A stretch of 63,399 nucleotides of DNA, counting the filler, from Pelomyxa schiedti (lineage: Eukaryota > Protista > Evosea), in the NCBI GenBank assembly GCA_020536535.1. It is 15 parts of 15 records of this genome, joined end to end, with 100 filler letters (N's around TTAATTAATTAA, not from the genome) between each part and the next. Parts side by side here need not be neighbours in the genome. Positions count along the whole stretch, not along the records: positions 60,672 to 63,399 come from JAHLWZ010001913.1; 14 more parts are not named here. One strand, given 5' to 3'. The notes beneath the pieces are model-generated. The model was not told where the DNA came from and searched no databases. It saw only the letters and a program-made list of their open reading frames with translations. Positions 60,672 to 63,399 of this stretch are shown in pieces. The position numbers were made by a program, and so were the translations under genes. Within the stretch, counting starts at the first letter, position 1, and each line of letters opens with the position of its first letter.

Positions 60672-62382
60672 GGTACGAAGATGCATGCCCTATGTATGAA
60701 GAATCTCTCAAAATCCGTAAACGTCTTCACGGTGAAGAATCCCGCGAAGTAGCAGCCTCCATGTGCAGCTTGGCCATTCTGTTCAGGTTTGTCATGTCGT
60801 GTTTATCATAGTGTGTCAACCTAGTTCCCAAAGGAAAATGGGAAAGTATGACAAAGCTGAGCCTCTTTATTCTGGATCTTGTGTATTGCGAAAAAAGGTA
60901 ATAATCTGCAAGTCCAAACTCGTTATTTTTTCCTGACTCACGATCAGCTGCTTGGTCTGAACCACCCGGAAACCGCAATGTCATACAACGGATTAGGTTG
61001 CCTGTACCAAGACACTGGAAAAGATAAGGTTCTTTCTTTGTTCGAAATTTTCTCCAAGCATCAGTGCTTACTCCGTTTAAGTTATCCGAGGAACATTTTG
61101 GGATTGCTCTACAGATTAGGGAACACTGTCATGGCCCTAACCATCCTGATGTTGCGATGACGCTATCTAACATGGCCTCTCTGTATCTTTCTCAAGCTCG
61201 TTATGATGAAGCAGGTAATTGGGTACCCAATGCCCGCATCTTAATTCATTCACGTGTAGAGCGGCTCTTTGAAAGAGCCCTTAGAATATATGAAGACGTT
61301 TATGGTGAGTCACATCCCGATGTTGCACATACGTTAGCTTACATGGCGGGTGTATTTGTAAGTATTGCCTTTGCTTTCTTTTTATCGTAACTTGTAAAAA
61401 GGTAGAAAAGGGGAAATATTCCCAGGTGCATTTTATTCCCTTCGTTTATTTCTGTTATCAACACCTCCCAAGGCCAAACCATTATTTGAGAGGGCTATTT
61501 CCATTAAGCAGCAAGCCTTTGGACGCCGCCATCCAGAAGTTCTTCAAACCTTCAAATAATAATACATTTAGTGTTCTTAGGTTGCCCAATCTTTAAGTGA
61601 CTATGGAGTCCTTCATGCACGGATGCGCGACTACGACAGGGCTCTTCAGTTATACCAGCAGTGTCTTGAGATACGTAGAGAGGTATAGCGAAACACCATG
61701 GAGTTGAAGCTAACACAGTGTAGGTTCTTGGGCAGGACCACCCGGATACAGCACAGTCCATGTGAGTAATATTTTACTCTTTGGCAGCTTTTGCTTAAGG
61801 GAATTTTCCGCAGGAACAATGTAGCTGCAATTCTTACGGACAAGGGTCAATACAATGAAGCAGAGAGCATGTTCAGGGAGGCCCTTCAAACAACCGAAAG
61901 GAAGTTTGGAGCATCACACCCAAATATCTGCCAAACCCTGCTGAAATTGGCAAACCTGTACCAGCGCCAAGGAAGGTGGGCAAGGACTTCCAGATCTAAT
62001 TTATTTCTTACCCCCATACTCCAATGCAGGATAGCCAGTGAGATACTTCCTTTGTATTCCAGGAGTCTTAACATCCTACGCTCATACTACGGCGAGGTTG
62101 TGAGTTTTTTCCTTCCTCATTCTTCACTGACTTTTTTTCACTCAGACACACCCCGACATTGCCCTCACACTCAACGACATGGCAATACTAAAATACACAC
62201 AAGGCCAGCCGCGAGAAGCCGAGGCACTCTATCTCCAAATGCTATCAGTGTATGAGAGGTTGTTCCCCTCCGGACACCCCGATATAGTCAAGGCCTGCAA
62301 AAACATAGCCGCGTTCTATGCCGCCCTTGGCAACTCAGCAGAAGAAAACAAGTTCCTCACAAGGGCTGCTTCATCCAACTAA
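60672..62382 (+). CDS. kinesin-light-chain/NPHP3-type TPR repeat protein (5' truncated, multi-exon)
   Basis: Repeated 42-aa units: ALQIREHCHGPNHPDVAMTLSNMASLY, ALRIYEDVYGESHPDVA, ERKFGASHPNICQTLLKLANLY. Confidence 0.88.
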
Positions 62383-62670
62383 TGCAACTGCCAAAACAAA
62401 CATTATGTCACTTTGCCAACTCTGCCAAGACCGACCAGTAAAAGAAAGAAAAGTTTTACAGTGGGTGCTTCTTTCTTTTCAACAAGCAAAGTGAAAAACA
62501 AAAAGAATGGTTGCTTTGAATTGCAGAGTTCGTGGAGCATGGTGGTACTAGGACCTGACAATCGGCGTTCTTGATGCTTGACTGGCAAACACCAGTTTTT
62601 CCAACAAGTATTTTCCAACAAGAACCCGGGTGGGAATGCCAACTGGGCAAAACTTCCAAGTTGGCACCAA

Positions 62671-63399
62671 TTAAAGGTCAGTTCTGTGACGATCAGTGAC
62701 ACCAACAGAAAACAGAGTGAAGGACTCCTCAATAACCTCGAAATCAGAGGGCACAGGCTGACTGAGAACCACTGTGCCGGTGACAGCATCAACAATCACG
62801 AACTTGTCATCCTCCTCAAGGAACGCAATTAACCCAGCAGCGCACTGGAACCCAATCCTGGTCTCGTTGTGTATCACGTTGCAAGGGTGCACAAAGTCTT
62901 CTGTCGAGAACACCTCGAGCCTGTGGTTGCAGTGTGTTACCTCAACAAAGTGCCGCGAGTCAACCTTGTGCGGTGCTGATTTGCACTTCCTCAGAACCTT
63001 GTGTGATCTCGGTCCCAGGCTCCGGATATCGTGCGCTTGGTTGCCCTCCGGCCCAATGCACATCAGAGTGATGGCTTTGTGACTGTCAGAGTGCAGGATC
63101 TTTTTCGTGCTCTGGAAGCACTTCAAACGGTCTTTGATGAGCAGTGTGCCACAGGCAAAGCTTTCCTTGAGGTCAACAAACAGCAGCAAGGTCCCCGACA
63201 CTTGCTTCAGGCACAGAGCGGCCTCGTCGAGGTCCCCGGTGCCGGTGAAGTACACCCATAATATCGACCTGGGGCGCAGCACGTCGAAGCCGCGCACGTC
63301 CAGGGTCACGGACGGCAAGGCCCCGTCGGCGCCAGTCCCGCGGCACGCCTCGACGACCGCGTCCACGTCGCAGATCGTCAGATAAGCGGCGCCCACGCG
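62671..63399 (-). CDS. lineage-specific intronless beta-rich hypothetical protein (5' outside window)
   Basis: KVDSRHFVEV, EVFSTEDFVHP, AAGLIAF, IVDAVTGTVVL. Confidence 0.6.
   Translation of the reverse strand, partial: RVGAAYLTICDVDAVVEACRGTGADGALPSVTLDVRGFDVLRPRSILWVYFTGTGDLDEAALCLKQVSGTLLLFVDLKESFACGTLLIKDRLKCFQSTKKILHSDSHKAITLMCIGPEGNQAHDIRSLGPRSHKVLRKCKSAPHKVDSRHFVEVTHCNHRLEVFSTEDFVHPCNVIHNETRIGFQCAAGLIAFLEEDDKFVIVDAVTGTVVLSQPVPSDFEVIEESFTLFSVGVTDRHRTDL

Overview
This is a eukaryotic sequence, not a continuous locus. It is about 15 short contigs concatenated with an artificial N44-TTAATTAATTAA-N44 linker (stops in all six frames), plus one 100-N scaffold gap. Genes are compact, with many short GT-AG introns (about 30-70 nt). 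The style (T/S/P-rich low-complexity tracts, 'HPRLG..SP..LP' family, intronless beta-rich family) suggests an amoebozoan, most likely an archamoeba such as Pelomyxa (inference). Recognisable genes: a PARP-like ADP-ribosyltransferase, an alpha/beta hydrolase, tyrosyl-tRNA synthetase with an EMAPII/OB domain, Nup88, a Clu-TPR-LRR protein, a TKL kinase, PINK1-like kinases, RING/TRAF zinc fingers, a Rab-like GTPase, a CHERP-like CID protein, NAD kinase and a TPR protein. Two items stand out. (1) An NRPS with an unusual acyltransferase(SAT/FabD-like)-T-C-A start, whose AT part has introns and whose T-C-A part has none. (2) An Entamoeba-like tandem tRNA array with a unit of about 1.15-1.18 kb, [Met-CAT, Asn-GTT, atypical Val-GAC with an A54/A60 T-loop]. 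Exon boundaries were read by eye and are approximate.
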